From: an uncultured virus (IMG/VR IMGVR_UViG_3300014205_004150)
Lineage: Duplodnaviria; Heunggongvirae; Uroviricota; Caudoviricetes
Reading direction: 5' to 3' (one strand)
Virus record (IMG/VR): IMGVR_UViG_3300014205_004150
DNA length: 20,000 nt
Shown here: piece after piece, positions 8,243-16,162 of the stretch
How the letters are laid out: every line of letters begins with the position of its first letter
Numbering within the stretch: position 1 is the stretch's first letter
Program-made: the position numbers and the translations under genes
The notes under the pieces: generated by a model
Database searches by the model: none
Seen by the model: the letters and a program-made list of their open reading frames with translations, nothing else
Told to the model about the DNA's origin: nothing

Positions 8243-8542
8243 TCATTTCACCTTCCTATTTGTAACTTTTTTAACCTTTTTTGCTGTCTTTCTCTTGAAC
8301 GAACCAAGAGTTTTCTGTTTATTTGGAGCCGCATAAATTTTAAATCCCCACTTTTCTCTCCAAGCCTCGATACGCTTTTCATTCCTGCGCAGTGCTGCCC
8401 CACCATCATTCATGGCAAGATCCCATGCCATTTCATGTTCTGCTTCAAGTTCGGCACGTTCATACAACATCTGCGCGGTTGGGTCATTGCGCGTTTCTCG
8501 ACATAAATATGATTTTGCCACTTTTTTTCTAACTTGTGTCAT
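8243..8542 (-). CDS. Hypothetical protein with Lys-rich C-tail
   Basis: Start reassigned to 8542 (MTQVRKK), 24-29 nt from TTTATA; tail KRKTAKKVKKVTNRKVK. Confidence 0.75.
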   Translation of the reverse strand: MTQVRKKVAKSYLCRETRNDPTAQMLYERAELEAEHEMAWDLAMNDGGAALRRNEKRIEAWREKWGFKIYAAPNKQKTLGSFKRKTAKKVKKVTNRKVK

Positions 8543-8666
8543 GTGTACATGTATGCATGTCATTATATAAAATTATTTGTATAATATTTTTTTAAAAGTG
8601 TAAACGACTCATATAGGTAACAATGGACTCACCATGTATACAAAAAACACGAGAATATTATATAAA

Positions 8667-8894
8667 TTAATCCATCCTAGCACCAGATGCCCTCATAAAC
8701 TTTGCTGCGAGAGTATCCCGGGATTTATCTACAAGGTGTGTTGGCACACTCAATCTAACTTTCCCATCCCCAACATCCTGAAAAACATGGTTTATTCGCG
8801 CAGATTCCAACAATTCTTTCATCTCTCTCATATTTTCTACCCGTGTTACCAATATCCACTGCATCCGTGTCATTTTAATCACCGCCCACGACAA
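8667..8894 (-). CDS. Hypothetical protein, ~75 aa
   Basis: ORF track, protein-like composition, TTG start uncertain. Confidence 0.55.
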   Translation of the reverse strand: MSWAVIKMTRMQWILVTRVENMREMKELLESARINHVFQDVGDGKVRLSVPTHLVDKSRDTLAAKFMRASGARMD

Positions 8895-9110
8895 CTCTTA
8901 AACAATCTCTCACAAGATACACACCACAATTCATTTTGCCCAACTTTCAGTTCCAAATAACAATTTGTCAATATAATATATAAACATTTCTAATATTTGT
9001 AGCAGTGAGTCTTTCACGGAGAGAAATTTTGTGTTTTTGTTATATATCAAAAACGGGCATTTAGAACCCCCGAAAATGTTTTTAATATTGAGATACATAT
9101 ATATATCAAT

Positions 9111-9845
9111 ATGGATATTAATGAGAACGTCCCTAAAATCGATACCCAACAACACGGTGGCGATGGTGTCCCACCACAAGATTTGTATACACAACAAAAA
9201 ATGTCTATCGGGTATGCACGGGTTAGCACAGATGAACAGGATATAACGACACAAATACGGCTCATAATGGAAAAAGGTGTTCCAGAAAGACTTATTTTTA
9301 TTGATGAAGCCGTTTCCGGAACAAAACCGCCAGAAAAACGCAACGGGTGGTCACAATTACTTAAATTTGTAAAAAGTGGGGAAGTTGACAAAATTTACAC
9401 CTACGAGGTTTCGAGAATCGGGCGTACAACGTCAGAAGCCGTCAAACAAATCCTACAACTTGAGGAAGAATACAAAGTTGAAATTATTTTTCTATCACCG
9501 GTTCAAAAAATTCTAAACGATTGTGACCCGATGTTTAAACCATTATACCTCACAATAATGTCTCTGGGTGCAGATATTGAACGAAAATTGATATCAGAAC
9601 GCACAAAAGCCGGGTTGCAGAGGGTAAAAGAAAACGGGTCAAAATCTGGAAAACCAATAGGGAGACCAGAAAAAGTAATCGATTTCCAACGAATCGAGGA
9701 CATGCATAAAAAAACAGGACTTTCTAAAAATGCTGTTTCAAAATTCCTCGGGTATTCACCAGCGACATATTACAGGAAGGTCAAAGAAAAAAAAGAACGC
9801 GAATCGCAAAAACAACCAAAAATTGAACAGTCAAGTAATACTTGA
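9111..9845 (+). CDS. Serine recombinase, resolvase/invertase family, with C-terminal HTH
   Basis: IGYARVSTDEQ catalytic motif, AVSG, VSRIGR, ERKLISERTKAGL, GRP, SPATYYR. Confidence 0.95.
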   Translation: MDINENVPKIDTQQHGGDGVPPQDLYTQQKMSIGYARVSTDEQDITTQIRLIMEKGVPERLIFIDEAVSGTKPPEKRNGWSQLLKFVKSGEVDKIYTYEVSRIGRTTSEAVKQILQLEEEYKVEIIFLSPVQKILNDCDPMFKPLYLTIMSLGADIERKLISERTKAGLQRVKENGSKSGKPIGRPEKVIDFQRIEDMHKKTGLSKNAVSKFLGYSPATYYRKVKEKKERESQKQPKIEQSSNT

Positions 9846-9860
9846 CAACTCAATTAAAAA

Positions 9861-9886
9861 CCATTTTGTTGGAGTCGGCAAAATGG
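9861..9886. terminator. Hairpin between convergent genes
   Basis: CCATTTTG-N10-CAAAATGG, stem extendable by G:U pairs. Confidence 0.45.
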
Positions 9887-9894
9887 CGTGTCAC

Positions 9895-10161
9895 TTACTT
9901 TCTTTTTACCCCAATCCGCTCAAGTTCTTCCTGCGAAGGAAGACCGAACTTTGTTATATATTCTTTAATGCTATCCAATTCTGCAACAACTAGTTCTAAA
10001 TTTTCGTAATATCCTCCACCATAGCCATTATAATCCACTACAGTATATCGTGTACTCCTCCATCCCCACGGAGTTTCCAGTCGCGATGATTTTATGACAT
10101 CTATTCCATATCCTATCTCATCCGCCAGTTTCTGCACGTCTGTTAGCCGTCTCCTCACCAT
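9895..10161 (-). CDS. Hypothetical protein
   Basis: ATG directly abuts the upstream stop at 10162. Confidence 0.7.
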   Translation of the reverse strand: MVRRRLTDVQKLADEIGYGIDVIKSSRLETPWGWRSTRYTVVDYNGYGGGYYENLELVVAELDSIKEYITKFGLPSQEELERIGVKRK

Positions 10162-11454
10162 TTATAATCCACTCATAGAAATTTTTGCACGGGTTATAAC
10201 CGTGCTCTTAAATCCATTGTATTCATCGTGTTTTTTCACTTTCCCGGTTACCGTTACCATGTCACCAACCAGAGCATCCCCGTAGGATGTCCCGGTAAAC
10301 CACTTGTACCGGTTTCCGTCTGCATCACCGAAGGTGAGCAGTTTCCCCTCGCCAAACGAGCTGGTAAACCCACGAACATCAATGAGTTTTCCAACGAACG
10401 TAATCTTTTCCCCAACAACCCCAACAAAATTACTCTGCTTCTTCTCGTTCTTTTCGCGCTCTGCACCAATATGTTTGAGGTATACTGGGAACACAGATGC
10501 GGCGTACCCGGCGTATCTCTGAGGGATATATTTCATCTGCATAACATTGCGCATGTTGTAGAAGTAGTCGTTCAGCGCGTCTTCTTCTCCTGCAACGAGG
10601 GTGCACATGTGGTCATATGCTTTGTCTGCAAGGTCTTTCGCATCCCTGTATTCTTCCTCGCTCATCGTCTTGGTTCCAGTGCCAAAGTTCCCGGGCATTG
10701 TTCCGTCAGAGTTGTAAAAAAACCCATAATACTGGTCAATCTTTGCCTGTTTCATCGGGATGTAAAATGTCTCATATGTAACATACTTTGTAGCCGGGCG
10801 AGGGGCACGGTATACATCCTCCGTGTAATATTTCTGATATCCATACGTATTGACGAAATAAGCAGCGCGGAAAATAAATTCACGGAGACTAACAAACCTC
10901 TCACCATCTCCGCCACCGCCAAGCGTGCGTGCCTCTGCAACAAAGTCAGACCACGACTGCGCAAGACGAACCAGTGCCATCGGGCTTGCGTGATATCCCA
11001 TGAAATCCTTGATGCACTGCCGCCCGACAACCTTGAATTCTCCGTTTTCGTGGCGGATAACGAATATTTCATTTCTTTCCCGCTTGGTGTTGCAGTGGTC
11101 GCAGCGGAACATCGTTGCGGTTCTGTATTCAACAGGAACATCAACACCGATTCCGGGCATCTTGTGAATCATGTTGGTTTCTTCACCGTCGATAGGCTCA
11201 ACAGTTGCTACAAACGTCCACCCACCATATTTCGGGGCTTCCCCGGTGAGAGTTATCTCAGCCATTTTCTTGACAATAACGGTGCCGTCATCACCAACAA
11301 TCTCTTCATCAAACTCTCGGACGACGGTAAGAACCATCGGTGGAACTCCGATCTTCGATGCCCTCTTCACAAGTTTTGCGAGTTTGCCCTGCACATATGC
11401 AAGTTCACTCGCAGACACAACAAACTTATCAGACTCGGGTTGGGTTGTGGACAT
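10162..11454 (-). CDS. Phage-type protein with Zn-finger-like segment and C-terminal OB-fold-like domain
   Basis: CDHCNTKRER...VGRQCIKDF; SNFVGVVGEKI...DADGNRYKWFT...VTGKVKKHDEYNGFKSTVITR. Confidence 0.8.
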   Translation of the reverse strand: MSTTQPESDKFVVSASELAYVQGKLAKLVKRASKIGVPPMVLTVVREFDEEIVGDDGTVIVKKMAEITLTGEAPKYGGWTFVATVEPIDGEETNMIHKMPGIGVDVPVEYRTATMFRCDHCNTKRERNEIFVIRHENGEFKVVGRQCIKDFMGYHASPMALVRLAQSWSDFVAEARTLGGGGDGERFVSLREFIFRAAYFVNTYGYQKYYTEDVYRAPRPATKYVTYETFYIPMKQAKIDQYYGFFYNSDGTMPGNFGTGTKTMSEEEYRDAKDLADKAYDHMCTLVAGEEDALNDYFYNMRNVMQMKYIPQRYAGYAASVFPVYLKHIGAEREKNEKKQSNFVGVVGEKITFVGKLIDVRGFTSSFGEGKLLTFGDADGNRYKWFTGTSYGDALVGDMVTVTGKVKKHDEYNGFKSTVITRAKISMSGL

Positions 11455-11460
11455 TCCTTT

Positions 11461-11513
11461 TCACTCCTTTTTTGTATACAAAGTAATAGTATCTAATAGT
11501 ATATATAGGTTTT
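11461..11513 (-). promoter_or_regulatory. Class-A promoter/RBS module, copy 2
   Basis: Near-identical to 4114-4165. Confidence 0.85.
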
Positions 11514-11514
11514 C

Positions 11515-11557
11515 AATAAATCGCGACAAAAATTGCGACAAAGTGTCGCGATTAATT
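11515..11557. repeat. Imperfect inverted repeat; identical second copy at 11996-12038
   Basis: AATAAATCGCGACA-N15-TGTCGCGATTAATT, 13/14 arm match; GCGACAAA also present twice in direct orientation. Confidence 0.8.
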
Positions 11558-11934
11558 CACCGCATTTCCGGGTGCCCACACGAACCGTCAACGCCGCCGC
11601 AAATCGAACACTTATAATTTTTAACACCAAATATCTGTTCACAGTTTGATGCTTCCTTCGGTGTTTCCAAAAATTCGCTCTTACACTCATCAAGGTGGAT
11701 ATAACATTCAACCGCAGTCCACGCGCCACACCCATGGAAATCATAAAAAAACACAATTGCATCGTCGCCTTTCTCAATTTTCGTGCCACAGCATCGGCAG
11801 GTTGCTCTCCCTGATGCTTTCACAATGTGCGGGTCTTCGCCTATCCCGTCGAGATTAAAGATTCGCCCGTGCTCTGCATACTCTTCGCGCATTCTTTCGG
11901 CTTCCCACTCGTCGATTAATTTCACTTTTGACAT
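11557..11934 (-). CDS. PARP-type Zn-finger-like protein with extra C-terminal Cys knuckle
   Basis: KASGRATCRCCGTKIEKGD...YIHLDEC; CSICGGVDGSCGH. Confidence 0.7.
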   Translation of the reverse strand: MSKVKLIDEWEAERMREEYAEHGRIFNLDGIGEDPHIVKASGRATCRCCGTKIEKGDDAIVFFYDFHGCGAWTAVECYIHLDECKSEFLETPKEASNCEQIFGVKNYKCSICGGVDGSCGHPEMR

Positions 11935-11940
11935 TCCTTT

Positions 11941-11995
11941 TCACTCCTTGTTTTGTATACAAAGTAATAGTAACTAATAGTATATATATGTTTTT
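11941..11995 (-). promoter_or_regulatory. Class-A promoter/RBS module, copy 3
   Basis: Core identical to 4114-4165. Confidence 0.85.
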
Positions 11996-12037
11996 AATAA
12001 ATCGCGACAAAAATTGCGACAAAGTGTCGCGATTAAT

Positions 12038-12084
12038 TCACCGCATTTTCGGGTGCCCGCACGACCCGTCAACGCCGCCGCAAA
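12038..12084 (-). pseudogene. Relic 3' end (CGGVDGSCGHPKMR*) of a copy of the 11557-11934 gene
   Basis: 47 bp with 3 substitutions versus 11557-11603; no SD. Confidence 0.7.
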
Positions 12085-12085
12085 A

Positions 12086-12110
12086 AGTATCTAATAGTAT
12101 ATATATGTTT
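12086..12110 (-). promoter_or_regulatory. Truncated class-A module (TATA + first TACTATTAG only), copy 4
   Basis: agtatctaatagtatatatatgttt; lacks TGTATACA and SD. Confidence 0.7.
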
Positions 12111-12137
12111 GTCAGAAAAAAAGTAGAATCAGTGGTT

Positions 12138-12542
12138 TTATACCCATTTTCGAATTATTGTGCGTGCATATTTTACACCGCCTCGCATATAAATCGACCC
12201 ATATTCAGAGAAACACAAATCAGGTTCCCATCCCTCTGGAACAGATATTAACGCAATGTTACGTATATCTTCAACAGATGTAGATTCCCCGATTTCAAAC
12301 TCGAAGTTCTGCCAACGCATTATTTTCCCTACCCGGTCTAACCCATTAACAACAGCGCGCGCAACCGGTGTGCGGGCATGCCGATTCAGTGCAGCATTCA
12401 CAAACTGTTCGTTTGTCAATTCCATCTCCAAAAATTTGATTGAAGATGACGCATCGCGAACCTCGATGATTATTTTGTTGTCATATGTTGATATAATGCT
12501 AATCTGTGCATCGATTTCTATTTCGGTTTCTTTGTTGTGCAT
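12138..12542 (-). CDS. Hypothetical protein
   Basis: Start reassigned to 12542 (MHNKETE) after GAGGGT; the track's extension overlaps another gene. Confidence 0.7.
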   Translation of the reverse strand: MHNKETEIEIDAQISIISTYDNKIIIEVRDASSSIKFLEMELTNEQFVNAALNRHARTPVARAVVNGLDRVGKIMRWQNFEFEIGESTSVEDIRNIALISVPEGWEPDLCFSEYGSIYMRGGVKYARTIIRKWV

Positions 12543-12544
12543 TT

Positions 12545-12715
12545 TTACCCTCTGTTTTGTTGGAATCCCCGCAACATCGTCTGTCGTGATACTGCGCCAC
12601 ATTCTTTGCACTTGAATGATACATATTCTGTATCGTAATCTATCCAGACATAGAATAGATTTCCTCCGCACATATGACACATTTTTTCATAGTTATGCCA
12701 AAATGGAAACGTCAT
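12545..12715 (-). CDS. 56-aa Zn-ribbon protein, not in the ORF track
   Basis: Hand translation MTFPFWHNYEKMCHMCGGNLF...FKCKECGAV...NRG*; AGGTGA SD; fills the gap exactly. Confidence 0.7.
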   Translation of the reverse strand: MTFPFWHNYEKMCHMCGGNLFYVWIDYDTEYVSFKCKECGAVSRQTMLRGFQQNRG

Positions 12716-12719
12716 CACA

Positions 12720-13049
12720 TCACCTGTACCTCAACAATAGTATATACTTATCTTCGGAAAGATTTGCACATTCCCCGTTCCATTCAATTTCATCTAATTG
12801 AAGCAACGGGCAATCACAGTTGTGTTTTCTGGAATTAAACATACAGTGCCCTTTCTTTGATAAGTGTGGACATCTCATTCCTTCAACAATCTCCCTGATT
12901 TCATACCCGCCCATCTGTTCCCACATGTGCGAAACCGCAACATGCGATGATGTTGCTTCAATCCTTACCGTCTGCGCGGGTATTGTGATTTCGTATAATT
13001 TCACATTCTTCCGGCGTTTCGTTCTGTTTCCAATATTTACAATGTTCAT
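12720..13049 (-). CDS. Hypothetical protein with Cys-rich C-terminal half
   Basis: GAGGT SD; CPHL..GHC..CDCPLL..C. Confidence 0.7.
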   Translation of the reverse strand: MNIVNIGNRTKRRKNVKLYEITIPAQTVRIEATSSHVAVSHMWEQMGGYEIREIVEGMRCPHLSKKGHCMFNSRKHNCDCPLLQLDEIEWNGECANLSEDKYILLLRYR

Positions 13050-13073
13050 TTAATTTACCTCGTTCCAAGAAAT

Positions 13074-13868
13074 TCACTCCACAGCCTCGCCGTTGTCTAC
13101 CAGCCACTTTTTCTGTGCTTCGATAATACGCTCTACAGACACACAATCGCTCTTCAAATCCTCAACCGAAATCATCATTGCTGCAATTTTCGCATTGAGT
13201 TTTGCAATCTCATTGGTTTTTTCGTTCAAAACGCGCACTGCACTGTGGTAGTCTGTCTTGTGGCGAGAAATTTCTGCCGCGATCTTGTTCTGTTCGATAT
13301 CTCCATACAACCCGATAGTTGTCTCAATATCAACTCCGGTATACAATGGCTTTACGTCGAGTCGCATAAAACCCAAAACGCCGTCTTGAGCAGACCGAAT
13401 GTCGAAAAAACGCGCACCAATCCTCAAAATTTGCGATTTAAACACGCGTTTCAATTCTCCGTGGGAAAACGTATACTTTACAACATTCTCCATTCCCGGT
13501 TTCCCGCGAGTGGTTCTTTCCCGAGAGTATCTACCACCAACCCCAACAAAATTCACAAACCGTGCGGAAACACCGTTTATGGAATGAATACCACGGAAAA
13601 CCATCTCGCCATATTCAACCGAATCTATGGATACATCGGAGAACCCGAGTTTCCCAAGATCTGATACAACATCCCGTATCTGCTGGTCATAGACTTCTCT
13701 GAATACTCTCCCGGCAGAAGACACACGTTCCGCATCCCCATCGGAATTGTATTTGCCATATTTTGAATCAATATCAGCACGGAGTTTTGCCACCTTTTCG
13801 GTGTATTCGGGGGTCGAATCCGGCACAAAATGTGCAATCTTGTAGGGCTTGTAGGTTACATCGGTCAT
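13074..13868 (-). CDS. Hypothetical protein with C-terminal coiled coil
   Basis: First gene after class-A module; LNEKTNEIAKLNAKIAAM heptads. Confidence 0.8.
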   Translation of the reverse strand: MTDVTYKPYKIAHFVPDSTPEYTEKVAKLRADIDSKYGKYNSDGDAERVSSAGRVFREVYDQQIRDVVSDLGKLGFSDVSIDSVEYGEMVFRGIHSINGVSARFVNFVGVGGRYSRERTTRGKPGMENVVKYTFSHGELKRVFKSQILRIGARFFDIRSAQDGVLGFMRLDVKPLYTGVDIETTIGLYGDIEQNKIAAEISRHKTDYHSAVRVLNEKTNEIAKLNAKIAAMMISVEDLKSDCVSVERIIEAQKKWLVDNGEAVE

Positions 13869-13874
13869 TCCAGT

Positions 13875-13925
13875 TCACTCCTTTTTGTATACAATGTAAT
13901 AGTAACTAATATTATATATAGGTTT
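13875..13925 (-). promoter_or_regulatory. Class-A promoter/RBS module, copy 5
   Basis: tcactcctttttgtatacaatgtaatagtaactaatattatatataggttt. Confidence 0.85.
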
Positions 13926-13955
13926 GCCAGAGAAAAATTAAAATTTGTCATAATT

Positions 13956-14192
13956 TTAAAACTCTTCAATCGTTATAACGTCTTCTACACGTATATGATT
14001 ACGGTTATTGGGATCATATTTTCCGGGAACTGGTTTTACACCACGTTCAACTCGTTCAAAATGCCATTCTCCTTGAGGTATCGCGCGTTTTTGCATGTCT
14101 TCCCACTCTTTGTTAGATATTTGTTTAATGGTACAAGAACTTCCAATATTGCGTATCGCAGCACGTTTTTTAGTCATTTCAAATAACTCCAA
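13956..14192 (-). CDS. Hypothetical protein
   Basis: ORF track, operon packing; start uncertain (TTG or the ATG of MTKK). Confidence 0.6.
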   Translation of the reverse strand: MELFEMTKKRAAIRNIGSSCTIKQISNKEWEDMQKRAIPQGEWHFERVERGVKPVPGKYDPNNRNHIRVEDVITIEEF

Positions 14193-14202
14193 ACCAGATG
14201 TT

Positions 14203-14397
14203 TTAAACTACCGCTAATAAAACACCAATACCGAATCCGATTATATATCCTGCGGCACCAAATGAGAGAATAATCAAATGCGAGTGCTCTTTAAAAATTA
14301 TTTTGAAAAATGCACCAATACCGATTCCGACACCGAATCCAATGCCAGCACAAATTATGATTGTTTGTGCATCGTTTAACATCATGGGTTCGCCCAC
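14203..14397 (-). CDS. Small membrane protein with two Gly-rich TM helices
   Basis: IIICAGIGFGVGIGIGAFF and LIILSFGAAGYIIGFGIGVLLAVV. Confidence 0.7.
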   Translation of the reverse strand: MGEPMMLNDAQTIIICAGIGFGVGIGIGAFFKIIFKEHSHLIILSFGAAGYIIGFGIGVLLAVV

Positions 14398-14462
14398 TCT
14401 TTTAACCAGATGTATTTAACAATGTCAATACTACACTCTTCTTTAACACGTTTTTCAAACAT

Positions 14463-14717
14463 TTAGTTCACATCGCCAAACAAATCTTCATAATCTATCA
14501 AATTTCTCATGTATTTGCACATCTCGTAAAAGTTGTCGTCGCCATACACCAGTATGCGCGTTTCTTTTTTGTTATATCTATACACATCAGAACGTTTGAG
14601 TCCAGTATACACGATATCTTTGATAATAGCATTCACGCCAAGTATCGGAGCATTTATGACAATTAGATACATCGGGTTTACCGATAACCCGTCAACGCGT
14701 GTTATTTTCATAATCAA
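14463..14717 (-). CDS. Hypothetical protein
   Basis: GGTGA SD upstream. Confidence 0.65.
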   Translation of the reverse strand: MIMKITRVDGLSVNPMYLIVINAPILGVNAIIKDIVYTGLKRSDVYRYNKKETRILVYGDDNFYEMCKYMRNLIDYEDLFGDVN

Positions 14718-14744
14718 ATCACCATATTGAATTCCAAATGCATA

Positions 14745-15281
14745 TCAAACCATCCAATCAATAATTTTTGCTGTGTCATTCGCATTGTTGATACCAGAAA
14801 ATCTATCATAAAAATCTTCAGTGTTATCTTCATGGCAGGGTAAAATAATCATCATATTGTCACCATACCCCGAAAGTTCTTCAGATATCCAACACACATT
14901 TTCATACACCTTGATAAAATCCTTGACAAGCATATATCGGATTTTGACGATTGTATTATATATATCCGCAACAGAATCATTTGCTACAGAATCAATCCAA
15001 ACCGCGTCATAAATTACATCATATAATGCATGTTTGCATGCTTTATACATCTGATGCAAATACCGCGCTCGCATACTTATCTGGTGTGATATGATATATC
15101 CTCTCAACTCACAATCTATCGCCATCCGCGCCCAGCAATCAAAATCCACACCGTCTTTTTTCCAATCTTCCTCGTGAAATTCCTCCTCCAATCTCATATA
15201 CTCGTCATATAGAGATACCAGTTCCGCGTTTCTTTCTTTTCTAATTACAACCGCATATAAATATGCATCTCCTCTTCCCAT
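14745..15281 (-). CDS. Hypothetical acidic helical protein
   Basis: Start reassigned to 15281 (MGRGDAY), just after the upstream stop at 15287. Confidence 0.7.
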   Translation of the reverse strand: MGRGDAYLYAVVIRKERNAELVSLYDEYMRLEEEFHEEDWKKDGVDFDCWARMAIDCELRGYIISHQISMRARYLHQMYKACKHALYDVIYDAVWIDSVANDSVADIYNTIVKIRYMLVKDFIKVYENVCWISEELSGYGDNMMIILPCHEDNTEDFYDRFSGINNANDTAKIIDWMV

Positions 15282-15286
15282 GGTAT

Positions 15287-15478
15287 TCACACTTCTCGAT
15301 ATAGCGGGCACAAGGCATACGACCGAACCACATACACCGGTGGGCACCGTGTACAGCCCGGTTTTGCATGTGGATTGTTACACAACGCCTCACCTCGAAT
15401 GTTCGGGTTTTCTTTCACAAATGGACAAACCGGTTCGTCAATCCATTCTTTTGTCAGAGGTTTCGGTATTCTATCCAT
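15287..15478 (-). CDS. Small Cys-rich protein
   Basis: CPF..LCNNP..CTRC..CPLY; GGTGG SD. Confidence 0.6.
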   Translation of the reverse strand: MDRIPKPLTKEWIDEPVCPFVKENPNIRGEALCNNPHAKPGCTRCPPVYVVRSYALCPLYREV

Positions 15479-15495
15479 ATAAATCCACCAAAAAA

Positions 15496-15834
15496 TTAGA
15501 TTTCTCGTTTGATAGTCCGTAGCAAATCTTTCCGGATGTATTCGGCAGCACCGGACACATCCGTGTGCGCAAAGTGTTTCGCAGTTTTATATGCATCTTT
15601 AGACAGACCCTGCGGTGCGTAAGAACCGATATACACAACGATTGCATCGCTATTCCTATCCTCCGAAACATATATTGTGTGACCCGCATTCGCTGCGAGA
15701 GTTAGCCCCTGTTCCCTACCATTCTGGTATGAATCTATAACTATAGGAGCATCACACAATCGCAATTCTGCGTCGTACATAACCATGTTAACAACGGTTG
15801 CCGCAAGTATAAGGGATCTGCTCTTAACAAACAT
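15496..15834 (-). CDS. Hypothetical phage-type protein
   Basis: GGTGA SD; NGREQG...SEDRNSDAIVVY. Confidence 0.75.
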   Translation of the reverse strand: MFVKSRSLILAATVVNMVMYDAELRLCDAPIVIDSYQNGREQGLTLAANAGHTIYVSEDRNSDAIVVYIGSYAPQGLSKDAYKTAKHFAHTDVSGAAEYIRKDLLRTIKREI

Positions 15835-15840
15835 CAGGAA

Positions 15841-16080
15841 TCACCACGCTTTTAGGCTCGCAACGAGTTGTGGGATGTCTTCTTCATCGATTTCAAAGAG
15901 TTTTTCGAGCAGAACAGCAACTTCACAATCACATTGGTCAATAACCGAGATGCGCAGGTTGTCTTCCATTTCTGGTGTTTTTGTGGTTGTATACCATACA
16001 TCCGTGGTCTCATATCCCACCATTTGTTCATCTTCAAACATTGCAACCTTCCGGGTTACTTTCCAAACAGTCGTTTGCAT
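15841..16080 (-). CDS. Small acidic protein
   Basis: First gene after class-A module. Confidence 0.75.
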   Translation of the reverse strand: MQTTVWKVTRKVAMFEDEQMVGYETTDVWYTTTKTPEMEDNLRISVIDQCDCEVAVLLEKLFEIDEEDIPQLVASLKAW

Positions 16081-16088
16081 TTAATTTC

Positions 16089-16140
16089 TCACTCCTTTTT
16101 GTATACAAATCAATTGTATCTAATACTATATATATGTTTT
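16089..16140 (-). promoter_or_regulatory. Class-A promoter/RBS module, copy 6
   Basis: tcactcctttttgtatacaaatcaattgtatctaatactatatatatgtttt. Confidence 0.8.
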
Positions 16141-16162
16141 CAAAGTCTCCACAAACCCGTTT

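Larger units (their letters stand above)
11450..11603. repeat. 154-bp direct repeat, copy A (RBS + promoter + inverted repeat + 3' end of the 11557-11934 gene)
   Basis: Matches 11930-12084 with 6 substitutions and 1 indel by manual alignment. Confidence 0.95.
11930..12084. repeat. 155-bp direct repeat, copy B
   Basis: See copy A; spacing 480 bp. Confidence 0.95.

Noticed and set aside
1019..8254. Recurrent C-terminal KVK* as a specific peptide signal
   Set aside because: It is encoded by AAG GTG AAR, which is the GGTGA SD of the next gene; only the longer basic tract needs a protein-level explanation
8932..9885. Terminal inverted repeats around the resolvase (CATTTTGCC and TTGTCAA matches)
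   Set aside because: Matches are short with unequal spacing (33 vs 37 nt) and no target duplication was seen
10228..11496. 422-aa plus-strand ORF, and similar shadows such as 2479-3027 and 3494-3889
   Set aside because: Antisense to well-supported genes, no motifs, no expression signals
11557..12084. Duplicated gene 3' end as a DGR template/variable repeat pair
   Set aside because: Only three differences, not adenine-specific on the coding strand; the repeat extends through the promoter; no reverse transcriptase in the window
14203..14397. Holin call for the two-TM protein
   Set aside because: No adjacent lysin and no charged C-terminal tail; topology alone is insufficient
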